Origin: Candidatus Latescibacterota bacterium
GTDB taxonomy: Bacteria > Latescibacterota > UBA2968 > UBA8231
Direction of reading: 5' to 3'
DNA length: 64,000 nucleotides
NCBI GenBank assembly: GCA_965204725.1
Contig: OZ242005.1
Span: 4,928,001-4,992,000, forward strand
In this document: positions 1 to 11,433 of the stretch, piece by piece
Position numbering within the stretch: the stretch's first letter is position 1
Layout: each line of letters opens with the position of its first letter
Made by a program: the position numbers and the translations under genes
Notes under the pieces: model-generated
The model's database searches: none
The model's input: the letters and a program-made list of their open reading frames with translations, nothing else
Told to the model about the DNA's origin: nothing

Positions 1-375
1 GGCCAACGAGTGAATGAAGCGCGTGCATTGGGCCAAGGCCGGCGGCTGCGACGCGATGTAGCGGATGTCCGCGAGCTGCACACCCCGATTGACGATGAGG
101 TTGTGAACGATCCGCAGCTTGATTTCGCCAACGATGTGGACATCGCTTTGCAGCAGCAGGTCGTAGTTTTCGTGAATGCTGCCCATCAGCGAGTTCTCAA
201 TGGGCACGACTCCGCAAGCGCAAGACTCGTCTTCCACAGCGGCAAAAAGCGCCTTGAAATCGGGCTGGGGGGCCAGTTGTGGCTCTGAAAAAAAATAAGC
301 CCGCGCCGCCGCCTCGCTGAACGACCCGGCGTACCCTTGGATAGCCACAGGGCCGCATGTCTCTGTTCGCTTCAT
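1..375 (-). CDS. pheA: Prephenate dehydratase (5' part; runs off the window start)
   Basis: Not in the ORF track. Manual translation from the ATG at 375 gives MKRTETCGPVAIQGYAGSFSEAAARAYF...GVVPIENSLMGSIHENYDLL...SQPPALAQC, matching the PDT motifs (QG..GxxSE, VPIENS, SHPQALAQC). Start overlaps the pnuC stop (TAATG). Confidence 0.88.
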   Translation of the reverse strand, partial: MKRTETCGPVAIQGYAGSFSEAAARAYFFSEPQLAPQPDFKALFAAVEDESCACGVVPIENSLMGSIHENYDLLLQSDVHIVGEIKLRIVHNLIVNRGVQLADIRYIASQPPALAQCTRFIHSLA

Positions 376-1013
376 TATGTTCGCCTACTCGATTCTTCTT
401 TAAGGACAGGTTTGGGCATTTGCTCGCCGTACTCCTTTTTCCATTTCCAATAGCCAAAGACGATGATAATCAGATACGCGACATACAACAAAGCAGTCAG
501 GTAAAGCCCTCGGCTGTAGGAGAGATAGACCAATGCACTGTCGATGACAAACCAGTATCCCCAATTCTCCAAAATTTTCTTGGCCACCATATAGGTCGTC
601 ACCACCGCATACCAAGTGGTGAAGGCGTCCAGATAGGGCAGGGCGGCCTCGGTGTTTTTGTCCAATAGATGACCGGATAGCACCACGACAACCGCCGTCC
701 CAGCAATGACCACACCGTGCTTTTTGAGCGACCAAGTAGAAATGGGCAGGGTTGAGGATCGATCGGCGGGATGCCGCCATTGATACCAGCCATAGACCGC
801 CATGGCCAAGTAGTAAATCTGTAGGGCCGACTCTAGGTACAGATTGACGTCGAAGAAGACGTAGGTGTAAATCGCGGTGCTGGCGAAAGCCGCTCCCCAA
901 CACCAAATACTTTCCCGCGCCGCCAAGACCAAGTAGAGAATGGCCAAGACGACAGCCGGCACCTCCCACCAAGAAGTCAGTTCCAGCGCTTCAACTATTG
1001 CCGGAGTTTCCAT
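375..1013 (-). CDS. pnuC: PnuC-family nicotinamide riboside/vitamin transporter
   Basis: Hydrophobic 212 aa; YGWYQW, LDAFTT, KKILENWGYW motifs typical of PnuC. Confidence 0.9.
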   Translation of the reverse strand: METPAIVEALELTSWWEVPAVVLAILYLVLAARESIWCWGAAFASTAIYTYVFFDVNLYLESALQIYYLAMAVYGWYQWRHPADRSSTLPISTWSLKKHGVVIAGTAVVVVLSGHLLDKNTEAALPYLDAFTTWYAVVTTYMVAKKILENWGYWFVIDSALVYLSYSRGLYLTALLYVAYLIIIVFGYWKWKKEYGEQMPKPVLKEESSRRT

Positions 1014-1068
1014 TGTCTATCAGTATATCACCTCCGCTTACATTAAATGCAATCGACAGGAGCGACTC

Positions 1069-1845
1069 ATGCACCCGATCACCGACGCCCAAAAGCAGCA
1101 ATTCAAGGAAGAGGGCTACTTCATCCTCGAAAACGCCATCCCCGCCCATCACCTCGACCTCCTGCGCGGCGAGTGCCAAGCCTTCATCGACAAAGCCAAC
1201 GCTCGGATGGACGCCGAAGGCACGGATACCTTGGGCCTCAATCACCGCAACAGCCGCTACTTTGTATCCAATTGCTTCCGCGAGCAGCCGCGCCTGCGCG
1301 AGTTCCTTTTCAGCCCTCTAATGGCCGCAATCTGCCAAGCCACCCTAGGCGACGACGCCTATTTGTTCTGGGAGCAATACGTGGTCAAAGGGGCCGAGGC
1401 CGGCATGAAATTCTCTTGGCATCAAGACTCGGGCTACGTCGGCTACCCGGATCACAAGCCGTACTTAACCTGCTGGTGCGCCCTTGACGACATGTCTGAG
1501 GCCAATGGCACCGTCCACTTGCTGCCTTTTTCGCGGTCGGGCATTCGCACTTGGGTCAAGCACATCCGCGAGGAAGGGAGCAACGACTTGATCGGCTACT
1601 TCGGCCGCGACCCCGGCGTCTCGGTCGTCGCCCCGGCCGGCAGCATTGCCGTCTTTACCAGCTACAACTTCCACTCCAGCGGCACCAACACCACCCATCA
1701 GATGCGCCGCGTGTATTTGGCCCAGTACTCCTGCGAGCCGCTGACCTCGGCCGACGGCAGCAAACTCTGGGGGAATGCCGAGCCTTTTCTCAAGGCGGGT
1801 AAACGGGTCGATCCGCCGCCCACACTCACCAAGTCCGCTCCTTGA
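1069..1845 (+). CDS. Phytanoyl-CoA dioxygenase (PhyH) family protein
   Basis: F.EEGY N-terminus, WHQD, NGT, H.S..N, R motifs; start moved to the ATG after AGGAG. Confidence 0.9.
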   Translation: MHPITDAQKQQFKEEGYFILENAIPAHHLDLLRGECQAFIDKANARMDAEGTDTLGLNHRNSRYFVSNCFREQPRLREFLFSPLMAAICQATLGDDAYLFWEQYVVKGAEAGMKFSWHQDSGYVGYPDHKPYLTCWCALDDMSEANGTVHLLPFSRSGIRTWVKHIREEGSNDLIGYFGRDPGVSVVAPAGSIAVFTSYNFHSSGTNTTHQMRRVYLAQYSCEPLTSADGSKLWGNAEPFLKAGKRVDPPPTLTKSAP

Positions 1846-2707
1846 GCAACGCTTGGATGGCGGCACGCGGCACGGGCAACTCGTCAATATGGCTCTCTAG
1901 CCAGCGCGAGAAATCCTCCTCAATGGGGTCGGACCAACGAGTATCGATCTGGCCGGGCGTGTATTGGCCCTCGGCCAAGCGCTGTTTGCCAAAGCGGTCG
2001 CGGAGCGCGATCAACTCCGAGGTCTTGACCACCTGTTCGGCTAGATGAGGCGGGATGAAAACGACCCCATCGTCGCGGCCGAGGACTACGTCGCCGGGCA
2101 TGACTGTCGCGCCGCCAATGCGCACCGGGCAGTTGACCCCGGCCAGCATGATGGTGGGCGAGGCAAAGGTGGGGTGAAAGCCGCGCACGAAACTGGTGAA
2201 GTTGGGCAGCGCTTGGATGCCGTCGATGTCGCGGACCGCCGCGTCGTGTACCACCCCGTTGCCCGAATTGGCGTAGATCGCGGTGGCGAGGTTGTCGCCA
2301 ATGACGGCACCTTGGTCAATTTTGCCGAATACGTCGGCTACGTACACGTCCCCGGGCACCAGCATATCAATGGGCCACGAGATCTGGTCGCCAATGCAGC
2401 CAGTCCGTTCTCCTTTTGCTTCCATGACCCGACGCATGACGGGCCGCCGCGGCAGGTACGCGGCCGTCAGGGCGCGGCCCGCCAGCACTTGGCCGGGATG
2501 CGTGCAAACCCAGCCGTCTTCGTACTGCCAGTTGTAGCCGGGGCCACGCAAGACGCCCCAGGCTTGGGTAATGCTGACGTTGTGCATGCGCTCGAGAATG
2601 TCGTCGGGCACCTTGGGACGACCATCGGCAAAGCGCTCGCCCTGCCACTCCGGGGTGTACTCGATTAGCTCTTCTGGAGACATGTTCAAAGGGGCAAATT
2701 TTTCCAC
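1826..2707 (-). CDS. RraA/HMG-aldolase-like family protein
   Basis: GRALT, GDVYVAD, IGDNLA, VRD, V.PGDVVLG.DDGVVFIP motifs; GTG start after GAGGAG. Confidence 0.85.
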   Translation of the reverse strand: MEKFAPLNMSPEELIEYTPEWQGERFADGRPKVPDDILERMHNVSITQAWGVLRGPGYNWQYEDGWVCTHPGQVLAGRALTAAYLPRRPVMRRVMEAKGERTGCIGDQISWPIDMLVPGDVYVADVFGKIDQGAVIGDNLATAIYANSGNGVVHDAAVRDIDGIQALPNFTSFVRGFHPTFASPTIMLAGVNCPVRIGGATVMPGDVVLGRDDGVVFIPPHLAEQVVKTSELIALRDRFGKQRLAEGQYTPGQIDTRWSDPIEEDFSRWLESHIDELPVPRAAIQALLKERTW

Positions 2708-2748
2708 GGTAGTGCTTTCTCCTCGTTGAAATGTGCGCGGCACCTTTC

Positions 2749-3543
2749 CTACTTTCCCTTCCATACGGGCTTCCGCTTCTCGGTGAACGCCTTCGGGCCT
2801 TCGACAAAGTCGTCCGATTCATACACGCGCTCGGCCAGCGGGAAGCGCGTGTTGATCGCTTCCCACAAAGGCAACTCCAACCCCCGCACGGCCGCCTCTT
2901 TCCCCGCCTGCAAGGCCAAGGGCGCACACGCCAAAATCGCCTCCACCCATTGCTCGGCGGCCTCTTGTAGGCCCTCGGCTGGCACCACTTGATTGACTAA
3001 CCCAATTCGCCGCGCCTCCTCCGCTGATATGAGTTCGCCGGTCAGGATGAGTTGCATGGCCGCGCTCCACGGCAGCCGCCGGACGAGCTTGTGGATGCCC
3101 CCGGCGTCGGCCAGCAACCCGCGCCGCGCTTCGGGCAACCCCAGTTGCGCGTGTTCGGCCGCCACCACCAAATCGCACCCCAAGACCAGTTCCAACCCGC
3201 CGCCCACGGCATAGCCGTTGACCACGGCCAGAAGCGGCTTATAGCAATCACGGCCCCGCTGGAAACCGCGTGCCGCGCCGCTGGCCTCGGCGCGGTTGTG
3301 GCGGCGCGCGGCCTCGCCGGCTTCAGCCCGCCACTTCAGATCGGAGCCAGCGCAAAACGCCCGGGTGCCGCTGCCGGTCAAAACCCCGACCCACACGCTG
3401 TCGTCGTCGCGGATCCGCTCCCAAGCGTCGGCCAGTTCCTCGGCCATGGGCGGGTGGATGGCGTTGAGAACCTCGGGGCGGTTGAGGGTGACCGTGGCGA
3501 CGTGGTCGCGTTGTTCGTAGCGGATGAACTCGTAGGGGGCCAT
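2749..3543 (-). CDS. Enoyl-CoA hydratase/isomerase (crotonase, CaiD-like)
   Basis: LNRPEVLNA, AFCAGSDL, VNGYAVGGGLEL, GLPE, AFTEKRKP. Confidence 0.93.
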   Translation of the reverse strand: MAPYEFIRYEQRDHVATVTLNRPEVLNAIHPPMAEELADAWERIRDDDSVWVGVLTGSGTRAFCAGSDLKWRAEAGEAARRHNRAEASGAARGFQRGRDCYKPLLAVVNGYAVGGGLELVLGCDLVVAAEHAQLGLPEARRGLLADAGGIHKLVRRLPWSAAMQLILTGELISAEEARRIGLVNQVVPAEGLQEAAEQWVEAILACAPLALQAGKEAAVRGLELPLWEAINTRFPLAERVYESDDFVEGPKAFTEKRKPVWKGK

Positions 3544-3546
3544 TGC

Positions 3547-4530
<984 letters not shown>

Positions 4531-4546
4531 GGGGTCTCCTGTTTAA

Positions 4547-5767
4547 TCAGAAAACGATGTCCTGTGCGTACAACGCGGCGATCTCGGCTTCTGCGTACCC
4601 GGCCTCGCGCAGCACAGCCTCGGTGTGTTCCCCGGCTAGCGGGGCAGGTGCCGGGGCTGGAGCGGGCGTCTCCACTAGCCGCAGGGGGGTGCCAACGTGG
4701 CGCATAGTACCTACCTGCGGATGCTGGACTTCGACGATCATCTCGTTGACCGCGAGCTGAGGGTCTGCTAGGGCCTCGGCGGTCGAGCGCACCGGTGCGA
4801 CGAGGATGTCCTTGGCCTCCAGCAGCGGAATCCACTCGGCACTCGTTTTTTCTGCGAATATCGGCACTAGCCGTTCCCGCAGGGCCTCGCGGTGCTCCAC
4901 GGCCGCGGCGAGCGTGGCAAAGCGCGGGTCCCCGACGAGCCCTTCAGTCGCTAGGGCCTCCTGCAAGTCGCGCAACAGTTGGTCAAAGGGGCGGAAAAGC
5001 GCGGTGACCATCAAGAAGCCATCGGCCGTCGCAAACACTGCTCCGTCGAGTGGGTTGCCGCGCGGATGAGTCGCTCCGCCTGAGCCATCGTCTTCCCCGT
5101 CGTCGCCCAAGTTGAGAATTTTGCTCGTCGCCCACGCCTGCATACTCATCATGCCGTCGAGGAGCGAGGTTTCCACGTATTGCCCGGTGCCCGTGCGCTC
5201 GCGGGCCAACAGTGCGAGGAGAATGCCCTGCGCCAGCAACATGCCGCCGTTGAAATCGGCCACCGTATAGGGCAAGCGCTGGGGCGTACCGTGGGGGCCG
5301 ACGAAGCGAGCCGCCACGCCGCTCAGCGCTTGAGCCATGGACTCGTGGCCGCCCTTATTGCGCTCGCTGTACGGGCCTTGTGAGCCATAGCCCGAACCAA
5401 CGGCGTAGATGAGCCTCGGGTACGGCTCTCGCAGCGCAGCGTAATCTAGCCCTAGCTTGGCCATGACGGCACCGGAACGGAAGTTGTGTACCAGCACGTC
5501 CGCGTCTTCCAACAGGCGATGGACGATCTGACGCCCAGCGGACTTCTTGAGATCGACCACTAGGCTTTTCTTGGAGCGATTGAGGCTGGCAAAAGGCAGG
5601 CTTTGCTCCTTTACCCACGGGCCAAAGGCGCGGGATAGGTCGCCGCCGGGGCGCTCTATCTTGATGACTTCCGCGCCGTGATCGGCCAAAACTTGGGTGG
5701 CAGCCGGGCCGAAGATCACTTGGGTAAAGTCGAGGACGCGGATGCCGTCGAGTGCGGGCATGGACAT
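4547..5767 (-). CDS. CoA-transferase family III (CaiB/BaiF)
   Basis: LDGIRVLDF, GAEVIKIE, NRSKKS, HNFR, GSGYG; start MSMPALDG. Confidence 0.92.
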   Translation of the reverse strand: MSMPALDGIRVLDFTQVIFGPAATQVLADHGAEVIKIERPGGDLSRAFGPWVKEQSLPFASLNRSKKSLVVDLKKSAGRQIVHRLLEDADVLVHNFRSGAVMAKLGLDYAALREPYPRLIYAVGSGYGSQGPYSERNKGGHESMAQALSGVAARFVGPHGTPQRLPYTVADFNGGMLLAQGILLALLARERTGTGQYVETSLLDGMMSMQAWATSKILNLGDDGEDDGSGGATHPRGNPLDGAVFATADGFLMVTALFRPFDQLLRDLQEALATEGLVGDPRFATLAAAVEHREALRERLVPIFAEKTSAEWIPLLEAKDILVAPVRSTAEALADPQLAVNEMIVEVQHPQVGTMRHVGTPLRLVETPAPAPAPAPLAGEHTEAVLREAGYAEAEIAALYAQDIVF

Positions 5768-5768
5768 C

Positions 5769-7361
5769 CTACGGCTCCTCCCATGGTGCGCTTGCCACCT
5801 CAAACGCCGCGACATTGCGGCTGTCCCGGCTGAACTCCACGGCAATCAGGTGGATCGGCTCGCCCCGAGCGCGGTACTTGTCGGCGTACCGCCGCTCCTT
5901 TAACTGCGCCATGGCCGCGCCCTCGGGCGTCAACTCCACCACTTTGAATTCAAATATGTACACATTGCCGTTGAATAACACCGCCATGTCCAGACGGCCG
6001 TGGTTGCTGCTGTCCTCCACTGTGATGGCAAGCCCCAAGGCCGCGAAATAGGAGTAAAACACGCTCGCGTAGTAGCCCTCGTAGTTGGCGATGTCGTTGT
6101 TCGTGTACCACTCGTAGGGAATACTGGCGAAAAATGCTTGGAACAGCCTGTTAAGCCCCTCGAAGTCGTTCGCCTCCAGCAGTCTGTATAGCTGGACGCT
6201 GTTCTCCATCTGGCGCGACGGGTCCTTTACCAAGCAGCGCAGTAGGCTCCGGTTGAGGCTCTGGCGCACCTCCCGGTTGGGATACCCTAGTCGATAAAGC
6301 GGCTCACCGCCTAGATTTTCCTCGTCGGTGATGGTCAGATAGCCGGTCTGGAACAACAGCGCCTCGGTCGCGATGTCTTCTATATCAAAGGTCGATAGCA
6401 GGTCGCTGGTGCCCACCATCTCGTCGAGTTTTAGGGAACTGACTCGGCGTTTGAACAAGGTCTCGATTAGGAACGTCGGCGTACCGGTCTCAAACCAATA
6501 GGCCCCGAACTGCCGCTTGTCGAAGAGCAGGAGGATGTCGAAGGGGTTATAGACCTTCTCGTCGCCCAGCCAACTGTAACCGTTGTACCAGTCGCGGACC
6601 TCGTCGCGGTCCAAGCCCGGCAGTTCCGGCGCGAATACCGCGTCTATGTCCGCCTCGGTGTAACCGCACACTGCTGAGTAGCGGGCGTCGAGCGTGATGT
6701 CCTTGAGGTTATTGAGGCCGGAAAACAGGCTTACTTTGGAGAATTTGCTGACCCCGGTGAGGAAAGTGAACTTGAGGTGCGCGTCGCGGTCCTTGACCGT
6801 CGCATACAGACCGCGCAGCAAGTCGCGGCTGGCGCGGGCGATCTCCGGCTCCTCTAGGGAGTCCAGAATCGGTTTGTCGTACTCATCGACCAGAACGGCC
6901 ACTGGCTGGCCAGCGCGATCGTGCAGTGCCTCGATCAGCCGACTGAATCGCTCCGGTGCCGTGTCGTATTCCGGTGCGAGGCCGGCCCGACGTTCAAAAG
7001 CGTCCAATTGCGCCATGAGGTTTGTATGTAAGTAGCCCGGCTCCTTGAAGTGGCCGCTGCCAAAGCTCAGGCGCACGACGGGATAGCGAACAGACCAGTC
7101 CCAATGGCCGTGGATGTCGAGTCCTTCAAACAGCACTTCGTTGCCTTCAAACAGTTCCTTCAAGGTGTCGAGGAAGAGGCTCTTGCCAAAGCGGCGTGGA
7201 CGCGACAGGAAGTAGTGCTTGCCCTCGTTGAGCAGCCGCCGGATATAGGCCGTCTTGTCGATGTAGTAGCAGTTTTCTTCGCGCAGTTGGCGGAAGGTCT
7301 GCATGCCGATGGGCAGCTTGCGTCTAGCCGCTTGCTCCGCCCGTATGCTCGTCTGCGTCAT
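5769..7361 (-). CDS. AAA-ATPase-like protein with C-terminal PD-(D/E)XK nuclease (DUF1703-type)
   Basis: KLPIG.QTF, SRPRRFGKS Walker A, VDEYDKP, FSGLNN, GRLD...FEFK...Q...Y. Confidence 0.9.
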   Translation of the reverse strand: MTQTSIRAEQAARRKLPIGMQTFRQLREENCYYIDKTAYIRRLLNEGKHYFLSRPRRFGKSLFLDTLKELFEGNEVLFEGLDIHGHWDWSVRYPVVRLSFGSGHFKEPGYLHTNLMAQLDAFERRAGLAPEYDTAPERFSRLIEALHDRAGQPVAVLVDEYDKPILDSLEEPEIARASRDLLRGLYATVKDRDAHLKFTFLTGVSKFSKVSLFSGLNNLKDITLDARYSAVCGYTEADIDAVFAPELPGLDRDEVRDWYNGYSWLGDEKVYNPFDILLLFDKRQFGAYWFETGTPTFLIETLFKRRVSSLKLDEMVGTSDLLSTFDIEDIATEALLFQTGYLTITDEENLGGEPLYRLGYPNREVRQSLNRSLLRCLVKDPSRQMENSVQLYRLLEANDFEGLNRLFQAFFASIPYEWYTNNDIANYEGYYASVFYSYFAALGLAITVEDSSNHGRLDMAVLFNGNVYIFEFKVVELTPEGAAMAQLKERRYADKYRARGEPIHLIAVEFSRDSRNVAAFEVASAPWEEP

Positions 7362-7586
7362 CGCCGCCACTCCAAGAATCGTTTGCTCTTCATCTTTCTT
7401 AGGCCAATCCCACGCGCCTCATACCGATGGCGGTGAAGTCACCATTGCTTCTTGGGCTTTGCGAGGCAGTTCGACGAGGAGTTTCTCTTTTATCTTCATC
7501 TTTGTACCTTGGATATTATACCCGCCCAAGCAGACAATCTCAAGTCTGCCCGACGCGAGAACGCGAATAGAGGAAGCGAGGAAACC

Positions 7587-8420
7587 ATGACCCAGCCCTG
7601 CGCCCAAGCCATCCTCACCCCCGAGGACCAAGCCTTCTTTGAACAGCAGGGCTTTCTCCTCGTTGAAGACGCCCTGCCTCCCAGCGCGCTCGCCGAGCTC
7701 AACGCGGCCACCGACGCGCTCTACGCACGCGACGCCGATGCCGGCCAGCTCGAAAAGGGCGGCAAGCTCAACATGCGCAACTGCATTGTCGAGCACCCCG
7801 CCTTCCTCCAGCTTCTCGACTGGCCCACCACGGTGCCGCTGGCGTGGCAGCTTCTCGGCTGGAATATCCAGATGCTGACCTCGCACTTGATCGTCCTGCC
7901 TTCGGGCGACGAGCCGGCCGAAGACCAAAAAAACAAGCTCGGCTGGCACCGCGATGGCGGGACCTCGCCCCGCGAGATGAGCGAGCCGCACCCGCGGATT
8001 CTGCTCAAGATCGCCTATGCCCTCAGCGACCAAACCACCCCGGCCTCGGGGGCCACTTGGGTCGTCCCCGGCTCCAATCGCCTGCTCGGGCGACCGGCCA
8101 CAGACCCCACGACCGGCTTACCTTATGGCGCACAGGCAATGAATATCCGCGCTGGCTCGGCCTTCCTATTTGAGCAACGCACCTATCACTCAATCGGCTA
8201 CAACTGGGCAGGGTTCCCGCGCCAGACAGTGTTCTTTGGCTATGGTTATCGCTGGGTCAAACCCATGGACTATATCGCCATGCCCGACGAACTGGTCGCC
8301 CGCTGCAATCCGGTCCAAAAGCAGCTCATTGGCGTCGTCGGCGATCCATTGAGCTACTACTTGCCCCAGGACGAAGACGTACCGCTCAAGGCACTCGTCG
8401 AAACAGAAGCGAACCAATAG
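7587..8420 (+). CDS. PhyH-family dioxygenase
   Basis: FEQQGF, WHRDGG, VVPGSN, YH motifs. Confidence 0.9.
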   Translation: MTQPCAQAILTPEDQAFFEQQGFLLVEDALPPSALAELNAATDALYARDADAGQLEKGGKLNMRNCIVEHPAFLQLLDWPTTVPLAWQLLGWNIQMLTSHLIVLPSGDEPAEDQKNKLGWHRDGGTSPREMSEPHPRILLKIAYALSDQTTPASGATWVVPGSNRLLGRPATDPTTGLPYGAQAMNIRAGSAFLFEQRTYHSIGYNWAGFPRQTVFFGYGYRWVKPMDYIAMPDELVARCNPVQKQLIGVVGDPLSYYLPQDEDVPLKALVETEANQ

Positions 8421-8429
8421 AGGACGACC

Positions 8430-9188
8430 ATGGATATTGCACACGCATTAGATGCCTTGGGCACTCGCGCAGACCTGCTGACCGCGCAGAACAGAAGCGA
8501 TCTCGACGAGAAGGGCTATACGGTACTCCCGGGTATCATCGACGACGAGTGGCTCGCGGCACTGCGCGACCGCTTTGAGGAGTTGTGCGAAAAAGAGGGG
8601 GTCCACGCCGGTATGGAAGTCCATCAGGAGCAGGGCACTCGCCGCCTCTCCGACCTTTGCAACAAGGGGCCGGTCTTTGACCGCGTCTATACCCACCCCA
8701 AGGTGCTGGCCGCCATCTACCACGTCATCGGTCGCCCCTTTAAGCTATCCTCGCTCAACGCCCGCGACGCACTGCCCGGCGAGGGGTTACAGGGGCTACA
8801 CGCCGACTGGGGAGCAGACTACGACGGCCAGTTTCACGTCTGCAACTCGATCTGGCTGTTGGACGACTTTAGCGAAGAAAACGGCTGCACTCGGCTAGTG
8901 CCCGGCTCGCACAAGGGACTGCACCCGCGCCATGCCTTGGAAGACGCGCAAGCACCCCACCCCGACGAAGAGCGGCTCATCGCCCCGGCCGGCACGGTCG
9001 CCGTCTTCAACAGCCACACATGGCACGGCGGCACTCGCAACCAGACCAAGGACCGGCCGCGCCGCGCCATGCACTGTTACTTCACCGCCCGCGAGCACGG
9101 CCAGCAACTCAACCAGCGCGAATACCTGCGCTACGAGACTTGGAAGCGCATCTCGCCAGCAGCGCGCTATATCCTCGATGTGGAGTAG
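8430..9188 (+). CDS. PhyH-family dioxygenase
   Basis: KGY, LHAD, NG.TRLVPGSH, WHGG..N...R. Confidence 0.9.
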   Translation: MDIAHALDALGTRADLLTAQNRSDLDEKGYTVLPGIIDDEWLAALRDRFEELCEKEGVHAGMEVHQEQGTRRLSDLCNKGPVFDRVYTHPKVLAAIYHVIGRPFKLSSLNARDALPGEGLQGLHADWGADYDGQFHVCNSIWLLDDFSEENGCTRLVPGSHKGLHPRHALEDAQAPHPDEERLIAPAGTVAVFNSHTWHGGTRNQTKDRPRRAMHCYFTAREHGQQLNQREYLRYETWKRISPAARYILDVE

Positions 9189-9291
9189 TTTTCGGCGAGC
9201 GGCCCTTTACTTCTGCTATCGCGGCGTTCACATCCATCTCGACTCTGCGTACATTGACCCCAATTCCCCACTCACACTCAGGAGGTGGTAA

Positions 9292-9711
9292 ATGAAACTC
9301 TCACACCCGGTCGTCGATCTGTGCATAGTGTGCAGCAACTTTGAAGAATCGTTGATGTTCTACCGCGACAAACTGGGATTCGAGGTCGCACTCGACATCG
9401 ACATCCCCGAAGGCTTAGCAACGGGGATCGGGCTGGCGCCGCAAGGCTTTAGGCAGGTGCGTCTGCAAGCGGGAGAGACGCTGATCAAGCTGATGGAGAT
9501 CGCCTCGCCGCCGCCCAAGCGAACCGCCCAATTTGCCGCTGGGGTACGCTGGCTCACCTTCTTCGTCGCCGACGTGAAGGCCGAGTGCGCCGCACTGAAG
9601 GCAAAAGGAGTGGAATTCTTGTCTGAGCCGATGGCTGCCCCGGATACTCCGGGCGTCGTCTGTACCCTAGACCCCGACGGAATCCTCATCGAACTCGTCC
9701 AGCGGTCTTGA
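9292..9711 (+). CDS. VOC (glyoxalase) family protein
   Basis: FYRDKLGF, GVEFLSEP, DPDGILIELVQ; strong GGAGG RBS. Confidence 0.88.
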   Translation: MKLSHPVVDLCIVCSNFEESLMFYRDKLGFEVALDIDIPEGLATGIGLAPQGFRQVRLQAGETLIKLMEIASPPPKRTAQFAAGVRWLTFFVADVKAECAALKAKGVEFLSEPMAAPDTPGVVCTLDPDGILIELVQRS

Positions 9712-9739
9712 TCGACAAAGAGCCAACGGTGGAGTCGCT

Positions 9740-10933
9740 TCAGGCATTAAGCCCTTCAAACATCTGTCCGGCGAGATGATAAGCCAGTATCGGTGGGACT
9801 GCGTTTCCCACCTGAGTAAATTGCCTCGCCGGAGCCCCAGTAAAAACAAATTCGTCTGGGAATGTTTGTAAGCGAGCGCACTCTCTTACAGACATAGTCC
9901 GAGGTATATGGGGGTGTAGATGCGACCGACCGCCACCCTTGGTGCCGCCAGCAATGACCGTCTTTGAGGGTAACATCGGGTTCAGCCTATCCACCCTGCC
10001 TAATTTGTCTCTCTTTCCATAGTCCAATTTCATGTATCTTTCAATCGACTCTGCCTTGTGCTCTCTAGTTTCATTGTTGGCTAAACCATCTACCGACTTC
10101 TCTAATGCCTTGCCACATGATACCGTAGAAAATTGCTTCTGCGGAAACTGGAAAGAGCCATCTATGACCCCGACGATAAACACGCGCCACCTATTCTGTG
10201 GAATAAAGAAATTCGCCGCATTCAGTAGGGTGGGTTTTACTACTGTATATCCTAGTCTTGCTAGAATTTGACACGCCTCAGATACTTGGCGACCACCGTC
10301 CAGCGTTAGCAAGCCTTCCACATTTTCGATTAAAAATGCCTTCGGCCTAAATACTCTAACGAGAAATATGTAATCGAAAAGGAGATTTCCGTAACCTTTG
10401 TGATCAAAACCTATCCTTTTGAATTTTTCACCATTCTTTGAAAACCTCTGATTAGCAGCGATACTAAAGGGCTGACAAGGAGGACCGCCGACAAAAACGC
10501 CTGGAAAATTTTCTTTAATACCAATACTCTTTAGTATATCTATGATCGCGTCAGTGTCCCTGACATCACCATTGTATTCAGGAGGGCCAATGACAGTTGT
10601 AGAAAAATTGTCGCGCAATGTATTGCAGAAAATTTCGCTAATCTCTATCATTGCTACCGTCTTGAATCCAGCGAACTCAAATCCTAAGTCGAGACCGCCA
10701 CATCCAGAAAAAAAACTTACTAGCGGCATGTCTTTTTTACGTTTTTTGAACTCACTAAGTGTTTTGTATTTTAAGCTGAATTCAGGAAGTAGATTATCTA
10801 TTCTCTTATTACTTTCATAAACTAATGAATCATAGCTCAATCCTAGCTTTTCTAACTCTGAAGAGAGTTTCTTAGAGTGAGTCTTGCAGTATCTTAAAAG
10901 TTCGCTCTGCTCGTTTAATTTTAGCTTTCTCAT
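9740..10933 (-). CDS. dcm: DNA (cytosine-5) methyltransferase
   Basis: FSGCGG (I), GGPPCQPFS (IV), ENV (VI), QNRWRVF (VIII), RE.ARLQ.FP, QVGNAVP; AT-richer than flanks. Confidence 0.95.
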   Translation of the reverse strand: MRKLKLNEQSELLRYCKTHSKKLSSELEKLGLSYDSLVYESNKRIDNLLPEFSLKYKTLSEFKKRKKDMPLVSFFSGCGGLDLGFEFAGFKTVAMIEISEIFCNTLRDNFSTTVIGPPEYNGDVRDTDAIIDILKSIGIKENFPGVFVGGPPCQPFSIAANQRFSKNGEKFKRIGFDHKGYGNLLFDYIFLVRVFRPKAFLIENVEGLLTLDGGRQVSEACQILARLGYTVVKPTLLNAANFFIPQNRWRVFIVGVIDGSFQFPQKQFSTVSCGKALEKSVDGLANNETREHKAESIERYMKLDYGKRDKLGRVDRLNPMLPSKTVIAGGTKGGGRSHLHPHIPRTMSVRECARLQTFPDEFVFTGAPARQFTQVGNAVPPILAYHLAGQMFEGLNA

Positions 10934-11433
10934 TTTGCAACACCTGATTTTGCTTTATTATACACAGAAGTGGCTGTATTTTTGTCTGGAAAATCCTCAA
11001 TAGAATTTTCTTTTAGCCAATTTCGATAATACACATGAACACTTTTATGACAATTTGGACAAAGGGGGACGACATCTTGCAGCGAGGTTCCTCCGCTTTC
11101 TATAAACACAGCCGACGAGAGAGGTAAAAGGTGATGTACTTCTAGGATGTTGTCAACCCAATCGTATTTTAGCTTGGGAACGAGCGCACACATGTCGCAA
11201 CTGTATGGAAACGGTAAGCTGGCGAAAAGAGCTTTTCTAAGAGCAGGACTCCGTTCAGTCCGTAAGTGTGTTGTACGCCGCCTTTTTCCTTCAGTAAATT
11301 CTACTTCTACCGGTGACTCTCTTTCAGCGATTCTTGGAATTTTTGCGTCTTCATAAATGGAGGACATTTGGAAAAATTCTTCAGTCCGATCAGAGAGCTT
11401 TGGTCTCCTACTCGGTTGTACGAATTCTGTTAA

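Noticed and set aside
288-295. A8 homopolymer as a phase-variation tract in pheA
   Set aside because: In frame, short, and in a housekeeping gene.
9718-9729. 12-mer AAAGAGCCAACG shared with ~24384-24395, both beside nuclease/R-M genes
   Set aside because: A 12-bp match is expected by chance many times in 64 kb.
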